DNA from: an uncultured Actinomycetes bacterium
Lineage (GTDB): Bacteria; Actinomycetota; Thermoleophilia; Gaiellales; F1-60-MAGs149
Reading direction: 5' to 3'
Length of the DNA stretch: 64,000 nt
NCBI GenBank assembly: GCA_963732645.1
Contig: CAVTAC010000008.1
Span: 251,127 to 315,126, forward strand
Numbering within the stretch: position 1 is the first letter of the stretch; each line of letters opens with the position of its first letter. Shown here piece after piece: positions 10,446 through 22,168 of the stretch. The notes below the pieces were generated by a model. That model did no database searches. It saw only the letters and a list, made by a program, of their open reading frames with translations, and was not told the origin of the DNA. The position numbers and the translations under genes were made by a program.

Positions 10446-11284
10446 TCAGCGGGCGGCCTTCACCGCTCGCATCACTCGCTCCCGGCGCGCCAGCAACTCG
10501 GCGACGCTGGCCTCGTCGTAGTCGCCGCGCAGTCCCCTGCCCGTCGACGTTCCCCTGTCGCCCCTCGCCACCATCTCGCGCAGCGCGGCCGGCGGCTGCC
10601 GCTGCCCTCCAGCACCGGCATCAGGCTCTCCGCCACCGCCAGGTGGACGTCGAGGCCGGCGACGTCCTGCACCTCGAACGGGCCGATCGCGGCCCAGCGC
10701 ATCCCGAGGCCGTGCGTCAGCGCGCGGTCGACGTCCGCGAAGTCGCAGACGCCCGACTCGACGAGGTTCCAGGCCTCGCGCATCAGCGCGTACTGGAGCC
10801 GGTTCAGCAGGTAGCCCGGCACCGGCCAGCGCAGCACCGCCGGCGCCTTGCCGAGCGCCTCGGTGATCGCGATCAGCCGCTCGATCACGGCCGGATCCGT
10901 CTCGGCCCCGGGACAGATCTCGACCACGTCCATCAGGTCGGGCGGATTCGACCAGTGCCAGCCGGCGAACCGCGCGCCGCGCGCCAGGTCGTCCAGCGAC
11001 AGCGCCGAGGTCTGCGTCGTCACGATCGCGTCCGGACATCGCGCGAGCGCCCGCTCCAGCACCGCGCGCTTCGGCTCGACCGCCTCGGTGATCGCCTCCG
11101 AGACCAGCTCGGCGCCGTCCAGCGCGTCGTCCAGATCGGAGGTCACGCGCACGCCGGGGATCGCGAGCTCGCGCGGCGTCCGCACGTGCAGCGCCACCTC
11201 GCAGCCGGCCTCGGCCAGCACCCGGGCCAGCACCGCGCCCATCGTGCCGCCGCCGATGACGGTGACGCGCCCTGGCAGGCTCAC
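10446..11284 (-). CDS. 3-hydroxyacyl-CoA dehydrogenase family protein. One frame disruption (~10600).
   Basis: ORF 10472..11284(-) reads RVTVIGGGTMGAVLARVLAEAG...WHWSNPPDLMDVVEI...GYLLNRLQYALMREA. The C-terminal end (...EMVARGDRG...GLRGDYDEASVAELLARRERV) is in ORF 10446..11039(-). Confidence 0.7.
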
Positions 11285-11678
11285 GCCGGCGCGGCGGCGG
11301 TGACCTCGATCTCGACCACCAGCGCCGGATCGACGAGGCCGGCGACGATGACGAGCGTCGAGGCGGGCTTCGACTCGCCGAGGGCGGCGTCGCGGCCGAC
11401 GCGGTACAGCGGCACCTGCTCGAGGCTCGTCACGTAGGCGTTGACGCGCACGATGTGCTCGACGCCCATGCCGGCCGCTGCGAGCACGCCGCGGACGTTC
11501 GCCCAGGTCTGCTCGTGCTGCTCGTCGTGCGTGGCGCGGAATCGAGCCGTCGGGCGCGCATCCCGATCTGGCCGGACGTGTGGAGCCAGCGGAGTCCGGG
11601 CACCGCCTCGACGGCCTGGCTGTAGCGCGAGGCGGACGAGACCTGTCCGGCGGGGTCGTGGGTCGCGTGGATCGTCAT
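11281..11678 (-). CDS. RidA/YjgF-family protein. One frame disruption (~11530).
   Basis: The N-terminal part is in ORF 11430..11678(-) (MTIHATHDPAGQVSSASRYSQAVEA...LHTSGQIG). The C-terminal part is in ORF 11281..11712(-) (EQTWANVRGVLAAAGMGVEHIVRVNAYVT...ASTLVIVAGLVDPALVVEIE). The stop overlaps the next gene's GTG. Confidence 0.65.
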
Positions 11679-11749
11679 CCGGCGAGGATACTGCGCCGCG
11701 TGCCGGTAGCATCTGCGCTGGACGGGATGCGACGCGAGGAGCTCGGCTG

Positions 11750-13103
11750 ATGTCTGTTTCGGAACGCCCGGCGCACGGCGGGCCCCAGAGCCTGTTCTAC
11801 GCGACCGCGATCACCGAGGGCATGCCGCGGATGGTGCGCGGCGAGGGCATCTACTTCTGGGACGAGAACGGCAACCGCTACATGGATGTCGCGTCCGGCA
11901 CGTTCCTGACGAACCTCGGCCAGGGCAACGAGCGCGTGCTGCGCGCCATGTACGACCAGGGCAAGCAGCTCACGTTCAGCTACGTGCGCAACACGCGCCA
12001 CGACGCGAACGAGGCGCTGACCGAGCGCGTCGCCCGCCTCGCCGGCCCTGGCTTCGAGCGCGTGCACCTGTCGTCCGGCGGCTCCGAGGCGAACGAGATG
12101 GCGATCAAGTTCCTGCGCCAGTACGCCGTCGCCACCGGCCAGCCGCAGCGCACGCGCGATGATCACGCTGATGCCGAGCTTCCATGGCGCCACGTTCGGC
12201 GCGATCGCGATGAACGGCGACCTCGACGCGCCCGAGCTGTTCGGCCCGTTCGCGACGTTCTCCGAGAAGGTCCCGGCGCCGCTCACCTTCCGCTCCGAGA
12301 GCCCCGAGGCGGCCGCGCGCATCACCGCCGCGGCGCTGGAGGAGACGATCGCGCGCATCGGCGGCGAGAACGTGCTGGCGTTCGTCTGCGAGCCCGTCGG
12401 CGGTCAGTCGAGCGGCGCCAACGTGCCCGACCCGCTGTTCTTCTCCGAGGTGCGGCGCATCTGCGACCAGCACGGCATCCGCGTCATCTACGACGAGATC
12501 ATGTCGGCCGTGCGCAGCGGCAAGTTCCTGGCCGCGCACTTCCAGCCCGACGCGATGCCGGACCTGGTCGTGATGGCCAAGGGCCTCGGCGCCGGCTACG
12601 CACCGCTCGGTGCCGTGCTCGCCCCGGCCACGATGGTGGACGAGCTGGCCGGCCTCACCGGCTTCAACGTCGGGCACACCTTCAACGCGAACCCGATCTG
12701 CTGCGCGGCCGGCGTCGCGGTGATCGACGAGGTCGTCGACCACGACCTGATGGGCAACGCGGAGCGGATGGGCGAGCGCCTCCGCGCCGGCCTCGAGGGT
12801 CTGAAGGAGCGGTCGCCGCTGATCGGCGACGTCCGCGGCCGCGGCCTGCTGAATGCCATCGAGCTCGTCGCCGACCGCGAGACCAACGCCACGTTCGGAC
12901 CGGACGTCGACCCCGGCAACCTGCTCCGCGTCAACGCCACCCGGCACGGGATCCTGCTCTACGCGCGGCGGCAGAACGGCGGCAAGTTCGGCGACTGGTC
13001 GGTGATCGCGCCGCCGCTGATCGTCACCGAGGCCGAGGTCGACGAGATCGTGGAGCGCCTCGGCCGGACCGTCGACGACACCGCGGCAGAGCTCCTCGGC
13101 TGA
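11750..13103 (+). CDS. Class-III (omega) aminotransferase, PLP-dependent. One frame disruption (~12150).
   Basis: The 11441 frame from ATG 11750 gives VRGEGIYFWDENGNRYMDVASG...SSGGSEANE. ORF 12159..13103 gives SFHGATFGAI...VIYDEIMS...VVMAKGLGAGYAPLGAV. Confidence 0.8.
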
Positions 13104-13126
13104 GCGCCTCGGCTGATGCCCGTACA

Positions 13127-14116
13127 ATGACCGCCGGTGTGAGCGCCCCGGCAGTCACCTACCTCGAGGCGATCCGCGCGGCCATGCGCGACGCCATGCG
13201 CGACGACGATCGCGTCTTCCTGATGGGCGAGGACGTCGGCCACTTCGGCGGCCCGTTCGGCGTCACCACGGGCCTGTTCGACGAGTTCGGCGGCGAGCGC
13301 GTCATCGACACGCCGATCTCGGAGGAGGGCTTCGTCGGCGCCGCCTTCGGCGCGGCCTGGATGGGCGAGCGGCCGATCGCCGAGCTGCAGTTCGCCGACT
13401 TCGTCGCCTGCCCGTTCGACCAGATCGTCACGGTCGGCGCCAAGACGCACTGGCGCAGCGGCATCAAGCTGCCCGTCGTGATCCGCCTGCCCACCGGCGG
13501 CGGCGTCCGCGGCGGCCCGTTCCACGCCTCGTCGCCCGAGGGCTGGTTCGTCGGCGTGGCCGGGCTGAAGGTCGTCTGCCCGGGCACGGTCGAGGACGCC
13601 TACGGCCTGCTGCGCAGCGCCATCGAGGACGACGACCCGGTGCTGTACTTCGAGCACAAGGCGCTCTACCGCCGCCTGAAGGCGCCGCAGCCCGACACCG
13701 GCCACCGCACCGAGATCGGCCGCGCCGCCGTCGTCCGCGAAGGCCGCGACGTGACCGTCGTCACCTACGGCTCCGGCGTCACGCTGGCGCTCGAGGTGGC
13801 CGAGAAGCTGGCCGCGACGGCGTCGATCGAGGTCGTCGACCTGCGCACCATCTGGCCCGTCGACGCCGACACGGTGCTCGACTCGGTCGCGCGCACCTCG
13901 CGCGCGCTGGTGCTGCAGGAGGCGTCCGCGTCGACCGGCGTGGCCGACGCCCTGGTCTCGCTGATCGCGCGCGAGGGCTTCGCGAGCATGGACGCGCCGA
14001 TCTCGGTCGTGGCCGCGCCCGACTCGCCGATCCCGTACGCGCCCGAGCTGGAGGACGCCTACCTGCCGTCCGCGGCCGGGCTCGAGGCCGCGCTGGAGGA
14101 GCTCCTTGGTTACTGA
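13127..14116 (+). CDS. 2-oxoacid dehydrogenase E1 component, beta subunit (transketolase-like), intact
   Basis: Part of ORF 11441..14116 from ATG 13127: YLEAIRAAMRDAMRDDDRVFLMGEDVG..GGPFGVTTGL...RVIDTPISEEGFVGAAFGAA...VVDLRTIWP. Confidence 0.9.
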   Translation: MTAGVSAPAVTYLEAIRAAMRDAMRDDDRVFLMGEDVGHFGGPFGVTTGLFDEFGGERVIDTPISEEGFVGAAFGAAWMGERPIAELQFADFVACPFDQIVTVGAKTHWRSGIKLPVVIRLPTGGGVRGGPFHASSPEGWFVGVAGLKVVCPGTVEDAYGLLRSAIEDDDPVLYFEHKALYRRLKAPQPDTGHRTEIGRAAVVREGRDVTVVTYGSGVTLALEVAEKLAATASIEVVDLRTIWPVDADTVLDSVARTSRALVLQEASASTGVADALVSLIAREGFASMDAPISVVAAPDSPIPYAPELEDAYLPSAAGLEAALEELLGY

Positions 14117-15165
14117 GCCGAGCGCCGTGATTCCCTGCGACGAGGCACCCGACGTGCCCGACGACGTGCGCCGCTCGCTGTTTCGCTGCGTGCAGGTGCA
14201 CCGGCTGTTCGAGGAGCGCATCATCGCGCTCTACCGGCAGGGCCGCATCCCCGGCTCGGTCTACACGGGCCGCGGTCAGGAGGCGGTCGGCGCCGGCGCC
14301 GGGCTCGCGCTCGAGGACGGCGACGTGGTCGCGCCGCTGAACCGCGAGCTGTCGTGCCACCTGGCGCGCGGCGTGCCGGTGGCGCACGTGTTCCGCAACT
14401 ACCTGGGCCGCTCGACCGGCCCGACGCAGGGCCGCGACGGCAACATGCACTTCGGCGTGCCCGAGCACGGCGTCTTCCCGCTGGTCTCGATGCTGGGCGA
14501 CCTGGTGCCCGTCACGGTCGGCGCGGCGTGGGCGTTCAAGCGCCGCGGCAAGCCGCAACGTCGCGCTGACCTTCTTCGGCGACGGCGCCTTCAACTGCGG
14601 CGACACGCACGAGGGCCTCAACCTGGCCGGCGCGCTGAACGTGCCGGCGGTGTTCATCGCGCAGTCGAACCGCGTCGCGTACTCGACGGTCTCGGAGAAG
14701 GCGATGCGCAACCCGAACCTGTCGGAGCGCATCGAGGGCGGCTACTCGATCCCCTGCGCCCGGGTCGACGGCACCGACGCGCTCGCGGTGTACCGCGCGG
14801 TGCGCGCCGTGGCCGGTCGCGCGCGCAGCGGTGAGGGTCCGCAGGCCATCGAGGCGCTGTCGCTGCGCATCGACGGCCACGCCGCGCACGACGACGGGCG
14901 CTACATGGACCGCGCGCTGATCGAGGAGTTCGTCACCAAGCGCGACCCGGTCGAGCGCCTCGCGGCACGCCTGCTCGCCGACGGCATGTCCGCCGACGAG
15001 CTGGCCGGGCTGCGCGAGGCCGCAGTGGCCGAGGTCGCGGCCGGACTGGCCGAGGCCGAGTCGGCGCCGGCGCCCGATCCGGCCACGTTGCTCGACGGCG
15101 TCTACGCGACGCCGCTCCGCGCGCCCGGCGCTGAGCGCCGCGCATGGCCCTCGCCGACGACCTGA
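14106..15165 (+). CDS. 2-oxoacid dehydrogenase E1 component, alpha subunit (TPP-binding). One frame disruption (~14552).
   Basis: ORF 14106..14834 gives ERIIALYRQGRIPGSVYTGRGQEAVGAG. It continues as VALTFFGDGAFNCGDTHEGLNLAGALNVPAVFIAQSN in the frame of ORF 14641..15165. The TTG start overlaps the E1-beta stop. Confidence 0.75.
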
Positions 15166-16185
15166 TCGCGCTCGCGCAGACGCCCGCGCCGACCGGTGCC
15201 GAGGGGCCGCGCCTCGCGTGGCTCGAGCAGCGGCTGGCAGCCGCGCCGGGCACCAGAGAACGCGACGCGGCGGGCAATCTCGTCTGGCGTCTCGGTGCGG
15301 GTCGCCCGGCACTCGCGCTGCTGGCCCACGTCGATACCGTGTTCGCCGCCGGACACCGATCTACGGGTACGCGACGAGCGACGGCTGGCTGCACGGCGCC
15401 GGCATCGGCGACAACGCCGCGGCCGTCGCGGTCGCCGTGCACGTGGTCGAGCAGCTGGCGCCCGAGCTGACACGCCCGCTCGCGGTGGTCTTCACGGTCG
15501 GCGAGGAGGGCCTCGGCAACCTGCGCGGTGCGCTGCACGCCTGCGGCGAGCTGCAGCCCGGAGATGGCGATCGCGCTGGAGGGCCACGGCCTCGACGACG
15601 TCTGCGTCGACGCGGTCGGCTCGGTGCGCGCGCGGCTGCAGGTGCGCGGTCCGGGCGGTCACTCGTGGTGGGATCGCGGGCGGCCGAGCGCGCTGCACAC
15701 CCTCGTCTCGCTGCTGACCGTGCTGCTGGCGGAGGGATCGGCCGGCCGCGCCGATCAACATCGGCCGCGTCACCGGCGGCGGCGCGATCAACGCCATCGC
15801 CGCCGAGGCGGAGGCCACGATCGAGTCGCGCTCGCTGGACGAGCGGGCGCTGGACGAGTTCGCCACCACGCTCGCCGACCTGAAGCTGCCCGCGCCGCTC
15901 GAGCTGACGGTCGAGCCGCTCGGCCGCCGGCCCGCCGGCCGGCTCGACCGCGACCACGCCCTGCTGGCCGCCGTCCGCGAGACCCGCGCCGAGGTGGGCC
16001 TGCCCGACGTGCTCGGCGACGGCTCGACCGACGCCAACGCCGCCCTCGCCCACGGCATCCCGGCGCTGTCGATCGGCTGCGCCCGCGGCCACGACATGCA
16101 CGCGCCGACGGAGCGCATCGAGGCCGCGTCGCTGGCGCTCGGCGTCGCGCAGCTGGAGGGCGTGCTGCGCCGCCTCCTGACGTAG
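15144..16185 (+). CDS. M20-family metallopeptidase/deacylase (ArgE/DapE/ACY1-like). About 3 frame disruptions.
   Basis: Fragments are 15144 (LLAHVDTVF), the 15218 frame (GWLHGAGIGDNAAAVAVAV...VFTVGEEGLG), the 15528 frame (AIALEGHG...VRARLQVRGPGGHSW) and 15994..16185 (GSTDANAAL...MHAPTERI). Confidence 0.65.
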
Positions 16186-16264
16186 CCGGCCCGATTTGCA
16201 CGATGACGGCGCTGCCTGCCACCGTTGCGTCTGTGCGGGCGACCCGACGCTTGAGGAGAGACCG

Positions 16265-17764
16265 ATGATCAGGACCGGCGACGAGTACCGCGCAGTCGCT
16301 CCGGGACGGGCGCGAGGTCTGGATCGCCGGCGAGCGGGTCGACGACGTGACGACGCACCCGATGTTCCGGCCGCTCGTCGACGTCCGCGCCCGCATCTAC
16401 GACATGCAGCACGACCCGGCCACGGCCGACGTGATGACCTACGTCGACGACGCGATCGGCGAGCGCTGCGCGATCGGGCTGAAGCTGCCGCACACGCAGG
16501 CGGACTGGCACGCCAAGCGGCGCTGCCGCCGACGCCGTGATGGACGACGTCGGCGGCGTCGTGACCCGCGTCGGCGACGAGACCGTCGGCGAGATGTGGT
16601 CGCTGTACGACGGCCAGGACGTGCTGAACGAGGTCGACCCGCGCTTCGCCGCAGAACATCGAGCGGCACATCAACGCAGGTCGATCCACCGCGACCCGTT
16701 CCACGTGTCGGCCAACACCGACCCGAAGGGCGACCGCTCGAAGGCGCCGCAGGACCAGGACCCCGACTTCCTGCTGCACCTCGTGCGCGAGACCGACAAC
16801 GGCATCGTCGTGCGCGGCGCCAAGTACGAGACGGCGGCGGCCTACGCCAACCAGGCGTTCGTGAAGCCGACGATCGCCAACTGGGGCGACGAGCCAGCTG
16901 ACCGACTACGCGCTCGGCTTCATCGTGCGACATGGGCGCGCCGGGCCTGCAGGCACCTCTGCCGCACCGGGTTCGCCGGCCGCGCGCCGGCCGCCGACTA
17001 CCCGCTCGCGAACCGCTTCGACGAGGTCGACACGCTGCTGATCTTCGACGACGTCGAGATCCCGTGGGAGAACGTCCTCTTCTACCGGCACACGCGCGCC
17101 GCGCCGTTCATCCGCGCCACGCTGCACCGGTACTAGCGCCTTCGCGTTCGTGCAGCGCAACCTGCGCTTCGCCGACCTGCTGATCGGCGCCGCCCTGCAC
17201 AACGTCCGCCAGACCGGCCTCGAGCACCAGCAGGCGGTGCAGGAGAAGCTGGCGCAGCTGGCCGTGCTACCGCGAGGGCATCAACGCCCACCTGACGGCG
17301 GCGATCGCGCACGGCCGAGCCGTCGCCCGGCGGCCTGCTGATGCCGAACCAGTCGCTGCTCTACTCCGGCCGCGTCTTCGCCTGCTCGCAGCTGCCGAGA
17401 TGATGCACCTGGCCCGCGAGCTGTGCGGCGGCCAGATCTGCGTCACGCCCGACGCCGCGATGTTCGACGACGCCCGGGACCGGCCGAGTGGCTGCACAAG
17501 TACTACTCCATCAACGAGACCTGGCAGTCCGACGACCGGCGGCGCCTGCTGGCGTTCGCCCGCGACCTGCTCAACTCCGACTACGCCGGGCACCGGCTGA
17601 CCTTCCAGCTGTTCGCGCAGTCGCCGCCGTTCGCCCACCTGGCCGCGGTCTACCGGTCGTTCGACTGGGACGGGCCGCTGGCGATGGTCAAGGACGCCGC
17701 CGGGCCTCTCCGACCAGATCAACGCGGGCCGCACGTGCCGGCCGGGACAGGAGCGACGCGATGA
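16265..17764 (+). CDS. HpaB-family flavin-dependent monooxygenase, oxygenase component (4-hydroxyphenylacetate 3-hydroxylase-like). At least 7 frame disruptions.
   Basis: Collinear fragments are MIRTGDEYR, DGREVWIAGERVDDVTTHPMF (16347 frame), NTDPKGDRSKAPQDQDPDFLLHLVRETDNGIVVRGAKYETAAAYAN (16537 frame), FVQRNLRFADLLIGAA (17150), ARELCGGQICVTPD (17400) and EWLHKYYSI...LNSDYAGHRLTFQLFAQSP (17423). Confidence 0.6.
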
Positions 17765-18194
17765 GCGACCGCATCACCGCCGGCGGCCACGTGCGCGTGC
17801 GCCCGTTCAACACCGCCGACACCTACCCCGAGCAGCAGCTCGGCAACGACCTCTGCCAGGCCGTCATCGCCGGCAACACGGTCTACCTGCGCGGCCAGGT
17901 CGGCGCAGGATCTCGACACGCGCGAGTCGGTCGCGATCGGCGATCCGGCCGGCGCAGGCCGAGCAAGGTGATGGACAACATCGAGCTGCTGCTGGCGGAG
18001 TGCGGGTCGCGAGCTCGCGCACATCACCACGTGCCACGTCTACCTGACCGACATCCGCTACCGCGAGGCGGTCTACCGGGTGCTCGGCGAGCGCATGCAG
18101 GGCGTCTATCCCGGTCTTCACCGGGCTCGTCGTGCCGGCGCTGGCGCGGCCCGAGTGGGTCGTCGAGGTGACGGCGACCGCGGTGATCCCGTGA
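17761..18194 (+). CDS. RidA/YjgF-family protein. About 3 frame disruptions.
   Basis: MSDRITAGGHVRVRPFNTADTYPEQQLGNDLCQAVIAGNTVYLRGQVG (17488 frame), then VMDNIELLLAECGS, then HVYLTDIRYREAVYRVLGERMQGVYP...EVTATAVIP by my own translation. ATG lies in ATGA with the HpaB stop. Confidence 0.55.
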
Positions 18195-18877
18195 CCTTCT
18201 CGCTCGTCGGCGCGCTGCGCGCGCACGGGCATGTTCGGCGCGGTCGTCTCGTCGTCGAGCCCGGCCGTCGCCGCGCGCTGCGCGTTCGCGCGGGCCGGCG
18301 TCGGCGCGGCCTGCTCGCAGAACGTCACCGACCCGCGGCTCGGCCCGCGGCTGCTCGACCTGCTCGCCGCCGGGCTCGACGCCGACGCCGGCGCTGGCGA
18401 CGGTCGTGGCCGAGGCGCCCGCACGTCGCGCACCGCCAGCTGACGGTGGTCGACGCGCAGCGGCCGGGCCGCCGCCTACTCCGGCGCGCGGCACGCTCGG
18501 CACGCTACGCCACGCCACGTCGCGGCCGACTGCGTGGCGGCCGGCAACCTGCTCGCCGTCGACCGACGTGCCGGCGGCCATGGCCGCGGCCTTCGCGCGC
18601 GACCCGGCGGCGCACCTGGGCGACCGTCTGGTGGCCGCGCTGCGCGCCGGCGCTCGACGCGGGCGGCGAGGAGGGCCCCGTGCGCTCGTGCGGCATGGTG
18701 CTCGTCCGCGACGTCGAGTGGCCCGTGGCCGACCTGCGCGTCGACTGGTCGGAGGGCGACCCGATCGCCGACCTGCAGCGCCTGTGGGAGGTGTACGCGC
18801 CGCAGCTCGACGCGTACGTCACGCGCGCGCTCGACCCGACCGCCGCTCCGAGCTACGGTGTGCCCGGCGATGAGTGA
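18191..18877 (+). CDS. DUF1028-family protein (Ntn-hydrolase-like). About 3 frame disruptions.
   Basis: VTFSLVARCARTGMFGAVVSSSSPAVAARCAFARAGVGAACSQNVTDP (frames 18080/18231), then VRSCGMVLVRDVEWPVADLRVDWSEGDPIADL...YGVPGDE (18080 frame). The GTG start is in GTGA with the RidA stop. Confidence 0.55.
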   Translation: MTFSLVGALRAHGHVRRGRLVVEPGRRRALRVRAGRRRRGLLAERHRPAARPAAARPARRRARRRRRRWRRSWPRRPHVAHRQLTVVDAQRPGRRLLRRAARSARYATPRRGRLRGGRQPARRRPTCRRPWPRPSRATRRRTWATVWWPRCAPALDAGGEEGPVRSCGMVLVRDVEWPVADLRVDWSEGDPIADLQRLWEVYAPQLDAYVTRALDPTAAPSYGVPGDE

Positions 18878-20771
18878 CCGTCACCCCCTCGATCCGCTCG
18901 ACGCCGACCGAGATCACGCGCGGCGTCGCGCTGGCCCGCACGGCGCCCGGGCTCTCCTCGCGGGTCCGCGTGATCTTCGTCGAGGCGCGCGAGCCCGACA
19001 AGGCCGCCTACCACGCGTGGCGCGACGGCGGCGCGCCGGTCGCGCGCGAGGCCGTCGTGACGCTGGTCGACTGCGAGCGCGGCCGCGGGCTGGTGGCCGA
19101 GGTCGACCTCGACGACGACCGGCTGGGCGCGGTGACCGCTGCTGGACGAGGGCGTGCAGCCCGCCATCTCGCGGCGACGAGTTCTTCATCGCGCAGGACG
19201 TGATGCGCGCCGATCCCGCGGTTCCGCGAGGCGATCGCCAAGCGCGGCATCGACGACCCGGAGAAGGTCTACGTCGAGTCGTGGAGCGCGGGCATCCACG
19301 AGCCCGGCCCGCGGCGCATGGTGCGCGCCATCTGCTGGCTCGCAGGAGAACGACACCGACAACCCGTACGCCCGGCCGCTGTACGGCCTGGTGGGCGCCG
19401 TCGACATCAACGCGCTCGAGCTGCTGCGGCTCGACGACCACGCGCCCGGCACGCCGCCGCCGCCGCCCGGGCGGCGACTACCGCAACGGCGGCGGCCGGC
19501 CGTACCGCAGCGACGTGAAGCCGCTCGAGATCACGCAGCCGGACGGCCCGGGCTTCGCCCTCGACGGCCACGGCGTGCGCTGGCAGAACTGGGACCTGCG
19601 CATCGGCTTCCACCCGCGCGAGGGCCTCGTGCTGCACGACATCGCCTACCACGACGCGGGCGAGCGCCGCCAGATCTGCCACCGCGCGTCGATCGCCGAG
19701 CTGGTGATCCCGTACGGCGACCCGAACCCGACGACGCACTTCAAGAACGTGTTCGACATCGGCGAGTACGGCCTCGGGCCGCTCACGAACTCGCTGTCGC
19801 TCGGCTGCGACTGCGTCGGCGAGATCCGCTACCTCGACGCCGTCACGAACACGTTCACGCGGCGACCTGTACGAGATCCCGAACGCGATCTGCATCCACG
19901 AGGAGGACTACGGCCTGCTCTGGAAGCACACCGACGAGCACGGGCCGCGTCGACCGGGCCCGCTCGCGCCGCCTCGTGATCTCGTCCATCGTCACCGTCG
20001 GCAACTACGAGTACGGCTTCTTCTGGTACCTGTACCAGGACGCCACGCTGGCAGTTCGAGGCGAAGCTGACCGGCATCGTGCACTCCGCCGGCTGGGTGT
20101 CCGACGAGCGCTCGCCGTACTCGCTGCCGCTCGGCGACGGCTTCGTGACGAGCCACCACCAGCACTTCTTCTGCGCGCGCCTCGACCTGGACGTCGACGG
20201 CACGGCCAACACGGCGTTCCAGTCCGAGGCGGTCTGCGAGCCGTGGGGCCCGGGCAACCCCGACGGCGTCGCGTTCCGGCCCGAGCGCCGCACGTTCACG
20301 CGCGAGTCGCGACGGCCGCAGCGCACGTCTCGCCCGAGACCGCCCGCCGCTTCCGGGTCGAGAACCCGGCCCGCCCGAACCGCATCGGCGACCCGGTCTC
20401 CTACGAGCTCGTGCCGGGCGACTCGGTGGCGCCGATGCAGCAGCCCGACTCGTCGGTCCGCAAGCGCGCGCGGTTCATCGACCACAACCTCTGGGTCACG
20501 CCGTACCGCGCCGACGAGCGCTACCCGGCGGGCGAGTATCCCAACCAGCACGCGGGCGAGGACGGACTGCCGGCGCTGGACGGCCGCCGACCGGCCGCTC
20601 GAGGGCGAGGACGTCGTGCTCTGGTACGTGTTCGGCGCGCATCACTTCCCGCGCCTCGAGGACTGGCCCGTGATGCCCGTCGTGTACTGCGGCTTCCAGC
20701 TGCGGCCGGTCGGCTTCTTCGGCGCGAATCCGGCGCTCGACGTGCCGCCGCCGACGCACTGCGCGCACTGA
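18870..20771 (+). CDS. Copper-containing primary amine oxidase (topaquinone type). At least 10 frame disruptions.
   Basis: [10 protein letters not shown] start at ATG 18870. Motifs are spread over three frames: [12 protein letters not shown] (TPQ consensus NYEY), VTSHHQHFF (His ligands), [24 protein letters not shown] and [19 protein letters not shown]. Confidence 0.75.
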
Positions 20772-20799
20772 CGCGCCGACGGCTCTACCCTGCCCTGCG

Positions 20800-22145
<1,346 letters not shown>

Positions 22146-22168
22146 GTACAGTCCGACCATGCGACGAA

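Noticed and set aside
15120-15165. An earlier stop for E1-alpha at the gcTGAgc near 15133.
   Set aside because: That TGA is not in the E1-alpha reading frame (ORF 14641..15165). The frame runs on to 15165, overlapping the M20 start at 15144.
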